Assembly (NCBI RefSeq): GCF_001949145.1
Contig: NW_019091358.1
Coordinates: 1,746,240 to 1,810,239, forward strand
DNA length: 64,000 nucleotides
Direction: 5' to 3'
DNA from: Acanthaster planci
Lineage: Eukaryota
Below are positions 1 through 14,900 of this stretch, piece by piece. The position numbers and the translations under genes were made by a program. Every line of letters starts with the position of its first letter. The stretch's first letter is position 1. The notes under the pieces were generated by a model, which did no database searches, was not told the origin of the DNA, and saw only the letters and a program-made list of their open reading frames with translations.

Positions 1-561
1 ATTAGTTGGAGTATGTGGGCAATCATCCCAATAGCAGTAAATATGCCGTGCAGTAAAGCACAGGCAATTTTCTTGGGGTGTTAATAAGAAATTAAAATTT
101 GTTAAAGGTACAGTCCATTCTTTTGCAGCTATCCAAAAGTAACTGACAAAATTATTGTTGAAAAGTATACTTGGTTTAAAGATGGTTATGTCTCTGTGAA
201 ATGATTCTTTATGGCATCTAAAGATACATTTTTGGAAATTTGCAACTAGAAGTGCACACAGGTTTTAACAGGACACACACTTGGTGTGTGACATCCAAAA
301 CTGCATTCAACTGAATGTAAAATTTATCCCATATGCTGAAGTCAGGTGTAATTCAAAACGTGGCTCTGCGATTTTTGATCCAAAATCTGAAATATACAGT
401 ATTCACTGAGCTGACATTTCATCAGGTTAGGCACCCTTCTTTAGATTTAGAGTAATTTGGTTGCCTCAAGGGAACATAATGCACAAACAACAAATGATGG
501 CCTGTTACTTTAAAGCGATCTGGGGATAGTGCACAGCAACTCTCCAAGTGTCAAGTCTTAC

Positions 562-2921
562 CCTGTACCACCTTGCATCATTGTACGTTCCCAAGGTCTG
601 GAGAATGTACCTAGCGTTGCCCGCTGTGTTCATCTCAAACATGACATTCCCAGCTCGCATGAAGATCCCGATGTATGAGATGAGGTCAGGCCGGGTTACG
701 ATCATCAGGACAGACTCCGGCACTGAGGTCTGGAAGTCTAGAGAGATGCTTGCTGACTCATACACATTGAAGTCATCGTTGGGTAGCTAGAAAAGCCAGT
801 CACAGAGGGAAGTTAGAACTTGAACACCAAAATTCACAATTTGAATTACCAAATAAAGCCCAACTGCTGAAAGTAATCCAGGTGAAAAAGTCCTGTTGGA
901 AATCTCCTTATTACCAATTGTATTTGATTCTACAGCTGCTTACAAAGAGAACCTGAAAACAAAAAGTGGCAACAAAATGAGATTTCCTATAGAATATAAA
1001 ATTAGCGTATGGAGCAAAAAGAGGGGAAAAGTACTTTCCTGTCAGAAAAAATCCTAGACAGCAGGGCCTACACACAATACCACCCACCAAAAGACTTAAC
1101 AAGTAACTAAACTAAAAGAAAGTTTGTTATAAACTAAAAAAGAAGAGACTCTTAGATACAATTACAAAATTTCTGCCCTGTCATTATTTCACTGTCCTTA
1201 ATTATAAATGGTTGTAGTCTGAAATAAGAGATCCTTGTACAAAAAGTGGATATCTTTTTGAAAGTTCTCCATTTCTTACTTTGTGTCTGTTGGAATGTGG
1301 AGTACAATCATGAACAAAATTGTTGGACATGTGTCAAAAATAGCTATACCCTTTCCAGGTCTCCCATCCCCCCTGGTCAATGTTGTCAACTCACGCTGGA
1401 CCACGCAGTGAGACGCAACATTGAAGGGGGCCAGGGATTTGGGGGCACAATGAGATTTTGACACGATTGTAGGTCCCCTTTTCAGCACAATCTGGTTTAA
1501 TAATAGCTAAAAGGGCTGAGATTTATACCCTGTAAAAGCCAAATCCTGTGAAACTTGCTCCAGGAGTGATGTCAGGTTCAGGGGTGATAACTTCGACTGC
1601 CCCCTGGCAGCACAGTGTAGATCCTTCCTGGGAAGTTGGGCGCCAGAGGTTCAGTTCCTGGCCGTCGAAAGTAACGTCCGAGATGCAGCCTACGAAGCTA
1701 CGGCTACTGACCTTATTGGTCTGTAAAACAACCGATCAGTAAATAACTAGAGATGGTTTGAATTCCCAGCAATGTAACAACAAACCTGAACTCTCAGCAG
1801 CACGTAATGCCTGCTACATAAAAACTGTGACTGATGTATCTGTTTTTGTATGCAAAATGATTTATCAACACTGAAAGGGCTAGAGTTTCTGGTACCTGAG
1901 AAAGCTTGTTAAACTTCAATTCAATGCAATTTTGGGTTTTGTTGTACAGTCAGTTTTAGTTCATACAGTCATCAATGTTGACCCACACAATGAGCACAGT
2001 CAATGGAAAATTAACATTTTGACATATGTACCTGTCTTGCAAAAGATGTTAGAAAAGGGCATTTACTTTTTGCATAAGACTAGGGTACATATGATAGCTA
2101 GACATCAGTAGAAATAAATCCTAAAGACTTAGGTCGAGACAAAAATTCACCGTGACAGTATCTAAGACAATGAGCATTCGGGGCAGATTCTGACTTTACA
2201 TGGGGTGAAATCAAAGAACTCGATTTGTCAAACTCCAGCATCATGCTTTGAAATATATCTCTGCTGGTCAAGTCCATTCCAGGCTTATTCACTCACCCAC
2301 CTTGCACATGCATGAGCAAAAACGAAATGTAGACAGAAATGTAAAATGAGACACACCTGGTATGAGCTCGGGATGCCGCCAACATAGAATGACGTCTTAT
2401 TGGGTGCAAAGGAGAAGTACTTGTCATAGGTGAAGGTGCTCCGGCCGTAGGTGGCAGATGCTCCACCTGTGCTCAGCTTGACAATGGACAGATGTCCCTC
2501 ATTGGCATATCTGGAGAAATAAATGGAGATGCAATATCAAATGGAAATATATCTCGGAAGATACTACAACGACTAATAAGCATCTTTACGGATGCCAGAA
2601 AACTGGCATAGCACCAAGACATTCAGAGGATATGAGAGGAAATCCATTCAAAATGTCAAACAGAAACAATTATCACTGAGACATCCCTGAAGTACAGATA
2701 CGAGCGTTTCATCTCCTGCAAGGAGAAAAGCTTGTAAAGCCTTACCTAGTACCAATGGCTTGATACCATTCCCCGCAGCACACCTCTATGGGACTCTGAA
2801 TGGTGACCGCATCCCGATTGATGTTGAAGCTGAATTGCGCCTTTCCTGCCACCACTTCTACACTGTAGAATTGGTTGGCGGTGCTCTCCATGAAGAACAC
2901 CAGACCATCTGGACTGTCCGC
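562..2921 (-). CDS. Laminin exons 34-37: LG1 and start of LG2
   Basis: [44 protein letters not shown] and YNDARWY are laminin G signatures. Confidence 0.88.
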
Positions 2922-5900
2922 CTGATGACAGAAATGAGGCACCATTAGATGTGAATGAAGTCACTGCATACTGCCGGAGAATAGACAACCCTCAGCCTTG
3001 TGATCAGGGCCAGATTAAGTGTACTGTCATGACTGAAGGTCCAAGGTAAAAGTGCTCTGTAGGCCCTACTCAGCGTAAGTGCTGGTTAGTACTGTGGCCT
3101 TGTATTATCCATTGATGCTTAAAGCTGGAGCTAGTTTGAAGACAAAGAACTCAAAATGACATGCTTAAAACTTTTCACATGAGTGTGTGTGTGTTGGTGT
3201 TTATATTTATGGCACACCTACCAAAATTTGAGGCCTTCAAATGTTTTGCAGGCCTCAAAAGTTTTCATGCACCCTCAATGGCTGTGTCTTTTGGATAATT
3301 TAGCCCTGCCTATCATTGTTATCCAGGGAATAGAACGTGTGATTAAGCAAGGCCCGTGCCCAACTACCTTGAAATCTAGTTGGACCTCGTTGGACAGAGT
3401 GGACCTGCCAGAGTCAAGCTGAATTTCCAGTGATGTCTGGCCAGAGAAGCGAGCTGGCTGCTTGGTGGTGGCGATCCTGTCTTGCACGCGGCGCAGTTTC
3501 TCCCTGAGGCGTGCCAGGCGTTCGTTGATGGCACTGCGCATCTGTGAGGTCTCATTCTGGAGGGCTGTCAGGTTGACTGTCTTCTGAGAAAGGGTTACCA
3601 AGTCCGCCTCGACTTCACTAACTGTGGGATGATGAATGGTATGTCAAAGTCCAGTACTGGGACGTGGTTGTGCAAAACTCCAAAGAAAAAGCAATAAATT
3701 GTCTCATTCTGACACTCTGTCTCACAATGCACTGTTTTATTCCACCGTAATATTCTAGAAAGCATAGCTTTCCCTCGTTATCAAAAAGATCTTTAAACGG
3801 ACAGCCATCAAAGATACTTGCTGGTAGCTGAAGTAGGAAACAACAGTTAGTCAGTGCTGTCGTCAATCCATCACAAGTCATTCCACAAGTCTGGTCACAA
3901 GTTCTTTAACAAAACCTGTAATAAGCAACTGAGTGAACAATGACAAAGGAGTGCTCTTGTCACAGTTCACTTGAATACCTTGTGACTTGGCTTAAGAAAG
4001 GATGGCTTGAGATGGACTTGCAGGGACTTGAGACGGATTCAACTACAACAATGAAGACATTATGTTCTATAACCAGAAAATGGATACATGATACAAAGTT
4101 AAACATGAATGGACGTGATCTTACAAACGTGCATGTAGGGTAGCATACCTGTTCCAGGGGTTGTGCCAAGTAGACTTGACACATTATTGACAGTCTCTCG
4201 GATAGCCTCAATGTCATTCTCACTATCTGTGAGTACATTGTCCAGAATCCGTGTGTTGTTGAGGGTCACACCACTTACGCCAAGAGCCAGGTTAGCCGAG
4301 CTGAGACCCTGGTCAATAATTGGCTGAATCTGTGGATCTGCAATCAAACAGCAATACATACCAAAGGCATTTGACTGAATATACCACTAATTTCCGGATA
4401 AGTACACGTCAAGGTCTGGGAGTCACTAGGCTCCATCTTGGAAAGTCCACAGTTTGCTCACATGTGTGATGGAGACTGTCCAAGAGCCTCAAGACTTCGG
4501 TCACAGTGGGCCTTTTCATTATAAGTGGACCCAACTTTCTATTCACATCAGGGACATTAACCCTAACACTCCTCAGTCCTCCAACAGGTGAAGGATTGAG
4601 GAGGGTTAGGGTTAAGTAAATGTTTCCTATATCTTTATCCCACAAACTCGTTAACTATCACCAGTACTGCTCTTGGGGTATTAAGAACATGTATAGAACG
4701 CTGTGCTGCAGACATTTTAGGGGCCAAAGAAGAATAATAAATGAATAAATTTGTGGAGGACGGTGATGAGCGAGCGAGCAAGCAAGCCATCTAGTCAGTA
4801 TACAAAGATCAATGGAAAAAGGACAGGCAGGGAATATCAATTGTCAAGAATGGATGAATGGGTACATTTCATGTCAGTCATCCCTACAACTTGCCACATG
4901 AAACACAATTACTTCAATGCCTAAACAAGTCAATTTGGCACGGACTGGCAGACCTTTTGTTGAACTTATTTATTACTTGTCTTTTATTATTCATTACTGA
5001 AGGAAAATCTTTTTCAAACATGCTTTTATGTACCAACACTTTGACAAGGTGTAAAGGGTTACGAAACATTTTAACAAAAATCAGTAGAAGATGTAGTCTC
5101 CTTTTTTACCATTGGCTGTTTGTGAAAGTGCATTGGCCTCTTCTTGAAGAGTCAAGTAACTGACTGCAATGGTGTCCCATAAGTCCTCAGCAGATACAAG
5201 AGTCTCATTTGCTGTCAGTAGGGATCTCTCCAAACCTGAGAAAATAATTGCATAACAAAAACAGAACAAGAATACATTTCAAGATGGTCTCTAAAAACAA
5301 TTTCTAATATTGCATTTCATGGCCAAAAACTCAAGTTTTTTACAAGAAGATACCGCTGCCAGAGTTCATTTGAGTTGGATTTTATAAATGATGACTCTTG
5401 CAGGTCACTTGTTTCCAGATTTGTGTCAAATGTCTGACTGTACTGTCATGTTTTCACAACTCTGACACAGAGCTGCACAGCAATACACATTTGGCTGTGG
5501 CACGGGAATACTTGAGAGGGCAACACACACGTCCTTGGTCTTATTCCACCCTATTTGTGTTTACCAAAAGCGATGGGAATCACTGAAACAAGGGAACAGG
5601 TCCTCTCGTGCTGCACACAGGAATTGCTACAGTGTATTAACAAGTCCCCAGTGCACTGTCACTGAACATTTGTTACAAGTTTACACAACCTCCTGCATTA
5701 ACTTGTTAAATTTCAATTTGTTATTCCAACTCGTGTAATAAACAACGAAAGATATTTCAGGGCAGCCTGCTCCAACAGAAGAGCACATCATCAGGATAAA
5801 GTACCTGCTACATCAGTGTTCCTTGCGTTAATTTCATTCTCCAGTGCTACGCTGCGTTCGCGGGATGTACTGGCGTCCTCTTGCAGTGCAGCCAGGGTTC

Positions 5901-8900
5901 GTACCTCGACACTCTGCTGTGTGGTGCTTATGCTGGCATTGGCTGCCTCAGACATCAGCTCGGCTTCTGTGATGGACGACACTGCGGCTTGGTAGCGCTG
6001 GACCACGTCCACCGCTTGCTGGCTGAGGGCACTGGCTCCTGCAAACAGCCTGGTTAGGTGGGGGGGGAATGTTTCAGTGGTAGAGAGTGAGATACAGTTT
6101 GAAAGAGGTACTGGGAGGGATACGGTTTGTCATTTCAAAGGTCAATTTACCTATATTATGTGAACTATCACCAATAATTAACAATGTGAAGTATTATCCC
6201 TTCCCGATTCAATGATGACTTTCCGCAATTTCTATTTCCCTCTTTCAAAATTTTGAAATGTTATTAATCTCCTTGGATGTAAAACATATGGGTGTGTACA
6301 AGGAGAACTACCTGTGTATACAAAATGGCACAATTTTTGTCTTTTCTGTGCTTCTTGGTGTCAGATACTTGGAAGTCTTTTGGCTCAGAAATTTGCCCCC
6401 CCCATGAAAAGTCGTTGCGCTCCACTTGCATTTCGGAAACAGTACATATGCATATCCTGCTGTGATTACCATTACATACATGTATATGTCCAACATCTAG
6501 TCAGCCCCCCCCCTCCCACTTTAGCATGAAGCCCCCTGCTTATCCCATGCTCAGAATCCTGGCTATACCATTGTTGCACTATATGGAAGTACTGAGGCTG
6601 GTGTTTCAATGTTAACCACTTGCTGCTGGAACCCCGTTTTGAACACCATGGGTTTATACGCATGGCCGGTGTGCCAGAAATGGGACAAAAGAGGTGATCC
6701 GTGTAAAAAGACCGTACTTGGCACAAAAGACCTGCTGCTGGGAATTGCCACCATTTTTCAGCTTGAATTTTTCGAAGGTAATCCGTCACTGATTTTAAAT
6801 AGTATACCAAAGCACCGAAGACAAAAGTGCTCCAGGGCCCTATTGATGAGCGACACAGCACCGCTGCATGCTAATCAAGCCGTGTTTGAAAAAACGCCAC
6901 CTGCATTCACTGGGGACAAAGGAAATTACACAACACCTCGAAATTCTGGGCTCTCTTTACAGGGCGGCAGGCCTAGCTGAAATATTCAGGAGTCAATGAA
7001 GGTCACCTGTCTGCTTAGAGTAGCCATCAAGCAGTCATTCGTGTGGGTGTAAATGTCCATTAAATGAAATGATAAATTTTTGAAGAATTTTGAAATCTGA
7101 AAATCACCCCTATGTGTACACTGCATTTTTAAAAGCACCTGGCAGCAAGTGGTTAAAGATGATTGCAAACAGTTCAAATGCATTTGTAAAGTGAGCTGCT
7201 TCAGCTGGCAAATTTTAAATTAAGCATGGTAAAACTGTAGGGAAGTGGGTACAGGTTGAAATGGACTATGCATAGGACATGTTAATAGAATAATCCACCC
7301 TTCATTGTTACCATTTTTTTTAATTACTGTATTAAACCCATGCAGGCTTAATTTTCTGCTGGCTTGATGTTTATTCCTTGAAGATGATCAGATGAGCATA
7401 CCGATCAAAATGTTGAGTCTCAAGTTACTGTTTCTTTTCAGAATTGCACATCTGCCCAAAAGAGATACTCACTTTGTGCTACCACATACCTTCACTAGTT
7501 CATACAAGCACCATGCAAGTTTTCAAGTATTTTATCATGAGGAATTTAAGGAATATTATATAACTCTGCCATTACTAGGCAGCACAGTAATCCGGTGCTT
7601 GGAATGGTCAGTGGTGAGGACACACCTGCTTGACTCTTGTGCCACTGAGGTAAGAGAAAGGACATGGTTCTCAGCACTGAGGACGTTACTCTCAATGACT
7701 GGCTGCAGGCTGGACACTGCTGCGTCTGCATTCCTTGCAGATGAATGAGTATTGATCCAACCATTCTGACCTGCAAGACAAACGAAACAAGGGTCAGTTA
7801 AAATTCAGACCTCCACTCAAGAGAAGTGTTGTTTTCAAGAACCCAAAAGTTTTCCTTAAAAAAGGAATTCTTAAAGAAATGACACCAGTGAGTATGAAAG
7901 CGCTATAGGTCATTATTGCAGGTACTGCAGAACAAAATGAAGATTTTATGGTCTGATACAAATAACATTTTTGACAGGTTGCCAACAGACAATTTGGTCA
8001 TTTTTCAAGCAGTACATCAGATGAAATTTTTACTGATGGCAGTGACATACTACATGTACATGCCTAAAATGAACTACAACATTATTTAAAAACTATTTAT
8101 TAACACATGCATTCCACGAGACACTTCACGGATGACTTTGAGGCAGTAATAAAATGTGGTCATTACAAGTGCTGAGTAAGTTCATGATAAATTTAGGATG
8201 ATTCTAAATTACACTAGTCTGTAGGAAATGGCCACATCCCACATGTAACTGGTAGTTTCCAAGGGCACAAGTTACCATAATTTTCAGAATGTAGGCCATG
8301 GCACTGAAATACGTCCTTGCGGATTTTACTCTGGACGGCTTAAACCAGCAATATTTGAAGAATGAAATCAGTATGACGCCGCGCCTCAGCACAGCCTGGC
8401 CCGGGCTGCCAGCCAGCTGCCCAGCCAGCCATGCATGCAAACAGCGTGGTGCTCTGAGGACAAGGCAGTCATGTTTTTGTTGGTTGCCATTCCCTCTACT
8501 AACTTGTTGGAAATAAAGGTAACCAGTCCAGTGGGACTGAATAGACTTGTAAATGTACCGTAAGTACATGCACTGATCTCAGAAATCGTATGGTGCATCT
8601 GTTCTGTTTTGTCTGTTTTATGGTTGTGTAATCCATGTTGTTTTTATTACAATGTATTTCACTGGTCAATTCGTGACTGTTTCAACAAAAAGAACTGCCC
8701 CAGGGCCTACCCACAAGGACGCTCATCCAGCCCACCAAAATGGTAATTTTAAGGACTGAAAATTTAGCCTTAAAACAATATCCTTACACTTGACGATTGC
8801 GTACCTGAAAATGGCACGGATCCTAATGTTGGGCTCCTTGAATTTTTGCCTCTAACCTTAGTGTATAATACAGGCGATTCACAGTAGTGTGCCTCAAAAG

Positions 8901-11900
8901 TTTGCAATGCATTGGCCAATCACAACATGCAAAATCTGTCAACCCTTTCCAAACGTGCATTGGGTCGACATATTTCATGCACTGCGATTGGCCAATGTGT
9001 TGCAAACTCTTGGGGGCGCACTATTGTGAAACGGCCACATAGGATAAAAATTTTACCTCCAATTTCACAAAAGGTGAAATTTAATCAAACTCCAATATTC
9101 TGATTCGTAAATCTCAATTTCACATATCCACTACAAAGTTCTGATGAAATTTTATTTATGCCCAATTTTCCCTTTTTTTTGCAATGTAAAATGAACTATT
9201 TTAAAATGCGTCCCAAAATAATTGTTAACGATTTTTTAGTTGGGTATGTGGGAGAGAATAGGGCAGACATCAAAGCCCACAGTTCTGGCGATAAGATTTT
9301 CTGAGATTACTTGAAGTTCTCCAAGTTAGGGGAAACTCAACTGAATTCTTGCCTAATTTCCACATGCGGACACGTTGGAATTTTGGAAGAAATTTTATGA
9401 CACTGAAATTGTTCACAAAGGATCAAATGCTTGTATCATGTCAGGCAATAGTAAGAGGTTTTTGCAGCATTATTATGAAGAAAATCAAGAGAAAATCAAA
9501 GAGCACTAGGCAATGCTCTACACAGGTAATAGCACTTCAGAATGCAGCACATGTGATGACTTACATGGTTGGACATTGTCAGCACCTTGATGCGGTGCAG
9601 AGATTTTTGCATTGTGTGGCTTATACACTGTACGGCCCATATTCCAAAAAAATATTCAGGAATTTCCAGCCTACCCATTTTGACTAAAGACCACTGTTAA
9701 TAAATGAGGACTTTAAGCAAATTGCCACCATTCAGAGTATTCTAGTAATGCATTATATTAGGTACCTGAAGTACATTACAGTTTCACCAGCATTACATAG
9801 GGTTGTGGTTCAAAGAAAAAAAGAGAAAAAGGGACATTCAGTCAAGCTAGCTTGTTTGATAAAATGAATAAGCAAAAAGATTAGTACTGTGGATGGTCAT
9901 GGCTCAAACCCAAAGGGGTACTTTATCCTTCCTTAAGGTTATTTAATTTCCAACCCAAATTTGTAGCCTTGAAGTTTAATTCAGAAAGATAACAGTCACT
10001 TTGACCCATCATCATCCTGAGCTTCACTGATTAGCTCGGCACCCATTACCGGCATGCTTTGAAAGTGAGCAAGTTGAACAATGACTTTATGTTGCTGTCC
10101 AAAAGCTGTGTGCTGTCTAGCCAAGTAATCTTCATCACCTCACCTTCCTGATTAATGCTAGGGTCCACGGGCACCCCAGGTGAACCCGCAGCTGCACCCT
10201 GCCTGATGGTATTAGCATCAGCAAAGGCCTGGTCCCCATCGGATATGTCGGTTCGGCTTGCAGTCAGCATGGTGTCAATCCTCTGAAGAAGGTCTTGAGA
10301 TTCTGATAAAAGCTGGCTGGAGTAGTTCAACTGAGTCTGTGTGAATGAACATGGAAATAGAATTAAGATTGAATATGGAATTAGAAAGGCAGTTACTAGG
10401 TTTTTGTTCATGCAATCTTGTACAAAAGGTCCACTCATGCATATCCTAGCAGAACAAAAGCGTTGTCCTCTTTTTGGCGGTAACAAGTCCATCATAGGTC
10501 TGGTGGGGTCCTTCAACAAACTAGGTCATAAGCAGGAAAAAAGACAAAGGGATGCTTTTGTCACAATTCACTTGAATAGCTTGGAACTTGAACTTGGCTA
10601 ATGACTTGATGACTTGCACTACACCTGTGTTGAACTTGCATGGACTTGACTACGGCCCGATCTCTAAAAGCCAGATTCTGAATCCTGGGTCTAAATCCTA
10701 ATTTGCTCTATTTTTTTCAAGTTCAAAAAGAACATTTCTCCAGTTCATAACTGAAGATTTTCTTCTTCATTTAGACCTGAAGAGGAGTGATTTTCAACCC
10801 AGAAATGGGTCTAAGTGAATCCAGATTCTAATTCTGGGTCGATCTGGTCTAGCAGTTTTAGAATGTAAAGTCCACATTGAACATGGAATGACTGAATCCA
10901 AATAGGGTTTCTAGTAATGCATGAATGCACTGCGCAAACTGCTGGCCAGACGAACCATCATAGGCCAATCGGTTAAACGTCCTGCACAATGTTTCAACAG
11001 TTATCTCTGTTACCTTTGATTGGGGGTCAAAAGTTTTGGATTACATGTTGGAATATCATCAATATCCACCAAAAGCTTTCTGAAAATTTTATCTTTATAC
11101 TACAATACACTGCAACTTGGACTTACTTTGAGAAAAGTGTAGATAACACACAGACATAGAAAGAACAGTAGGCTATGAGAGACCCAGAGAATGACTTCAA
11201 CAAGCTTATCCTAGCATTGCTCTTTTATGTACAATTTATTTTTACACAAAAGTTTGACCAGTCAGCTGTGACCCTGTTGTGCAGAACTACCAATGAGAAA
11301 AATAATATGTTGCAAGGTGTGTTTTGTGCCACTTTTACTTCACAGGATGTGACAACTGACTTGTGATGTCTTGGAATCTCACCTCGATTTGAGTAACAAC
11401 GGATCCAACTTGGCTCAGAGCATCTTCAACATCATTGAGCAAGGTGTGAGTATTGGTCACTATCTGCATTGTGTCCATGAACTGTGTTTCTGCTGAAACC
11501 ACCAAGGTATTTAAGGCATTGCTTGTGGACGACTGCAAGGAAAACCAACACTGTCTTCATGGAGGCAACAATACACGTATAAACAATAGCCAACAATACA
11601 CGGGAAAAAATTCAGAACATCACACAACTCTGAAACAATGTTTGTCTTTCACACTAATCAACTCTGCCAGTTACGCAGTTTTATGTCACACAGAGATCAA
11701 ATCTGAAGGAAACAGCTGCAAATGAAGAACTTTTAAAAACTTTTATTTAACTGTATTTTGGAAGCAAACACTTTATTCCGTATTTTGGAACTGTAAAAAA
11801 ACGGCCTATGGCAAACCACATGAACCCCACCCTCGTACTTTTGCTCAAGACAGTGTGCACCCAGGAAGGATTTCCCAATTGCTGTTCAAACACACTATGA

Positions 11901-14900
11901 CACAAATATGTTGATGACTGCCTGGAACCGAGCACATTTTGTTTTTCACACGCCTAAGGAACTAGGGTCATGTCCAACATCACATTAGAAGATTTATAAT
12001 TACTAACTTAGGGTGGGAATTAAACACACTACAGTGCTCGGATATCATTAGGTTAATAATGCGTCATTTATCATAAAGTTTGAAGGGAGGTCATGCACAA
12101 AGTGTTATCCACAGATGCAAAATATCCACTGTCTGACCAAAAGCTGCCCCGCTCCCTGCCTACCTGTGACATGATTAAGGTTAGTAATGCCTCCGCATCC
12201 CGCGACACATTCTGGCTTCTCGCCAACTCAGCCCTGATCATCCTCTCCTCCGTTTCGAATGACACCAGCACCAGCCTGTCCAGCTTGCCCTGGGCCATGC
12301 CAGGCAGTAAAGCAGCCGTTGCATTCCAGTTTTCAAGGAGGTCCAGGTAATCCAGGCCTGTCTGGTTAGTATGCGAGACACCGGCCAGAACCGACTCGGC
12401 TTGGGCCGACAGACCCTGGACACGTTGCAGTTCTGATGTGGCATTGTTCAGTAATGTCTGAGAGGCCTCCATAGCTTGGCCCACCTGAAATTGCATTCAA
12501 TATTTGTTGTTTTGGAATCACAGGTTTAGACGTTATTTGCAAAGGGCACGAAGACTTTGCAAAGGGATCAATGCTTGGCTTTGAATGAAGATAATTATGC
12601 ATTCTTATTGCTTGCCTGGAGTTATCAAATGCCAGCAATAATGGCTGCTGACGTATCACATTTAATGTCCAAACTGTCAGTAAGTTAAAGTTCCATTCCG
12701 TTTTCTCTACAATCCTTTATACCAAGGAAGGCAACTTAGATCATTATGCAGTGAGCACAGTGTTCACGTTCAGTCAACAGGTTTTGACCAGTGGAACAGG
12801 CCTTGGGGATTTGTATACCTTTCAAATTGTGTGTGCACATCAGCAGAGGAAGAGGGGGCTGGGGACATTGTCCCCCCCTTTGAAAAGGCAGTTATTTGCC
12901 CCCCCCCCACTTTATAGGCCTACCAGCCATTGGAGGTACATTGCAACTTCATAATTACATTCTTTTCAGTCTAATGGCCGAGGCTTGCCTCCCCACTTTT
13001 AAAACTGTTCCATTGCTGTTGTGTGTGCATATCTTGTTCTTGCTTAGTATTGGCATAGGATCCTGTTTTTACCTTGAGATATAAGATGTATTGTTCATGC
13101 TTGTTCTTGTAATTTTGTTGATGTTTTAGTAATGTTTTGAAAACGAACACAAGTTTGCACAACGTACCAGTGTGACCAGGCCGTCAACCTTTGACACAAT
13201 CCCCTGCTCATCTATGTTCTGGACCTGGCGCCTCAGCTCGGCAAAGCTGGTCAGGGTGTCATTCAGCTGGGTCACTCTCTGAACAACCTGAGGTCGAAGG
13301 CCTTCCAGCTCGGCATCCCGCTGCTGCAGCTCGTTCAGGAGGCTGGCATGTTCCCACAGCAGCATCCACAGAATGTTGAGGCTGACGGTGGAGTTTTGGA
13401 GAGTGTCAACACACTGGTCACACTCTGGTAATTTAAAGACCAAGGCATCAAGTTTGTTTTATGCTAGGATGACATAAAAGTGACACTTAAGTTTGTGTTC
13501 ACAAATTCACTACGGATCATGTACTAAACCAGTTTACACCAGAGGATGTGTAAAACAGATTAGGTTATCTGTGTTCACACAGGGAGCAAATGGGTTAAAC
13601 TGCCAACTGATGAATGACCAATGATGAATATTTATATACATGTACACCTAACCTCCCCTTTAGTTACAAATACTGAACATCCAAGAAACCTGAGGAGACA
13701 GACTGCGCACTGTAAAAACATGAACTTCCACAACTGTACACGGACTGCTATGTATATCAGTCCATGGTCTACAAATACTGCACAAGTGGCATGAAAAAGT
13801 AAGAATTTTTTGAAAAGTTGACCAATATTACTCTATCTGGCCTAGAACAAAAGTAGAAGTAGACTTTTAATAAAAAAAACAAAAACATCATCGGCCACAT
13901 CACAGCTTACACCTACAAGTGCGAGAAATTTCAGGGTGTTTTAATTCAACTTCCTCTACTCAGAACAACCGTAGATACCCAGATTGTCAAGGAACATGAC
14001 AGAGTATCAAGAAAGATATGCTGAATTACAGTTGGATTCTTAAACCATGGGTAGGCATTGAAGGGCACTTACTACTACATCCAGTGTCAGTAAAGTTGAC
14101 ATATGTTGGCAGGCACTGGTCACAGCGGCGCGAGCCCACACCAGGCTTACACGGACACTGACCACTGTAGATGTCACAAACAGCTAGAGCCCCACCCTCA
14201 GAGCCCCTGACATCACAGTCACAATCTATAATGGATTGTGAAAGGGAAGTAACAATAATCACAATATGGATGCATTAGAGCAAAGCGCTGTATTTCGCCT
14301 AACATCGCTAGGTGCTTTGCCATTGCAGTAACAATATCTCCTGGATTAGTCTGTAAGTCTGAGTGCAAGTTTGAGCTATAACTAGTTTGCTGTGAAAATG
14401 AACACAATTGCGAATTTTTGATGTCAGATCAAGTATGTGTGCTGCGAATTGGCAAAAGTTGAACACATTTCAACTTGAGTGAGAATTTGTAGCAAATATT
14501 TTGTGACGTCAATTCAGTTCAATGTCATATTCGCCTTTACCATGAACCAGCCTTTATCCAATGTCACTTAGTCGACTATTTGGAACCACGCCTGGGGTAA
14601 AGGTTGCACCGCCGGTTATCAAAAGCCAATTTTAGACCGAGAGAGCCATTCACATGAGTATTTTTGTATGAAATGCAACTGACCATGAATACTACCAGAG
14701 TTGCAGCCAATAGCAAAATGTGAGTGACATAGAGAATTAAAAAATAGTTTGAGAGTAATTCACGCCCAACATTGCTTAAAAGCATCACATGATATGCCAA
14801 ACTAATTGGGAAAAAACACCCCCCCCAAAAAAAAATAATACCAAAAAAGAACTAGACATAAGTATTCTGCCCATACCTGCGCATAGTTGCTGGGGAAGCC

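Noticed and set aside
10046..10143. Longer version of laminin exon 28 following the open frame to 10050
   Set aside because: Only the donor at 10143 (GAA G|GTGAGG) gives the phase 1 needed by exon 29.
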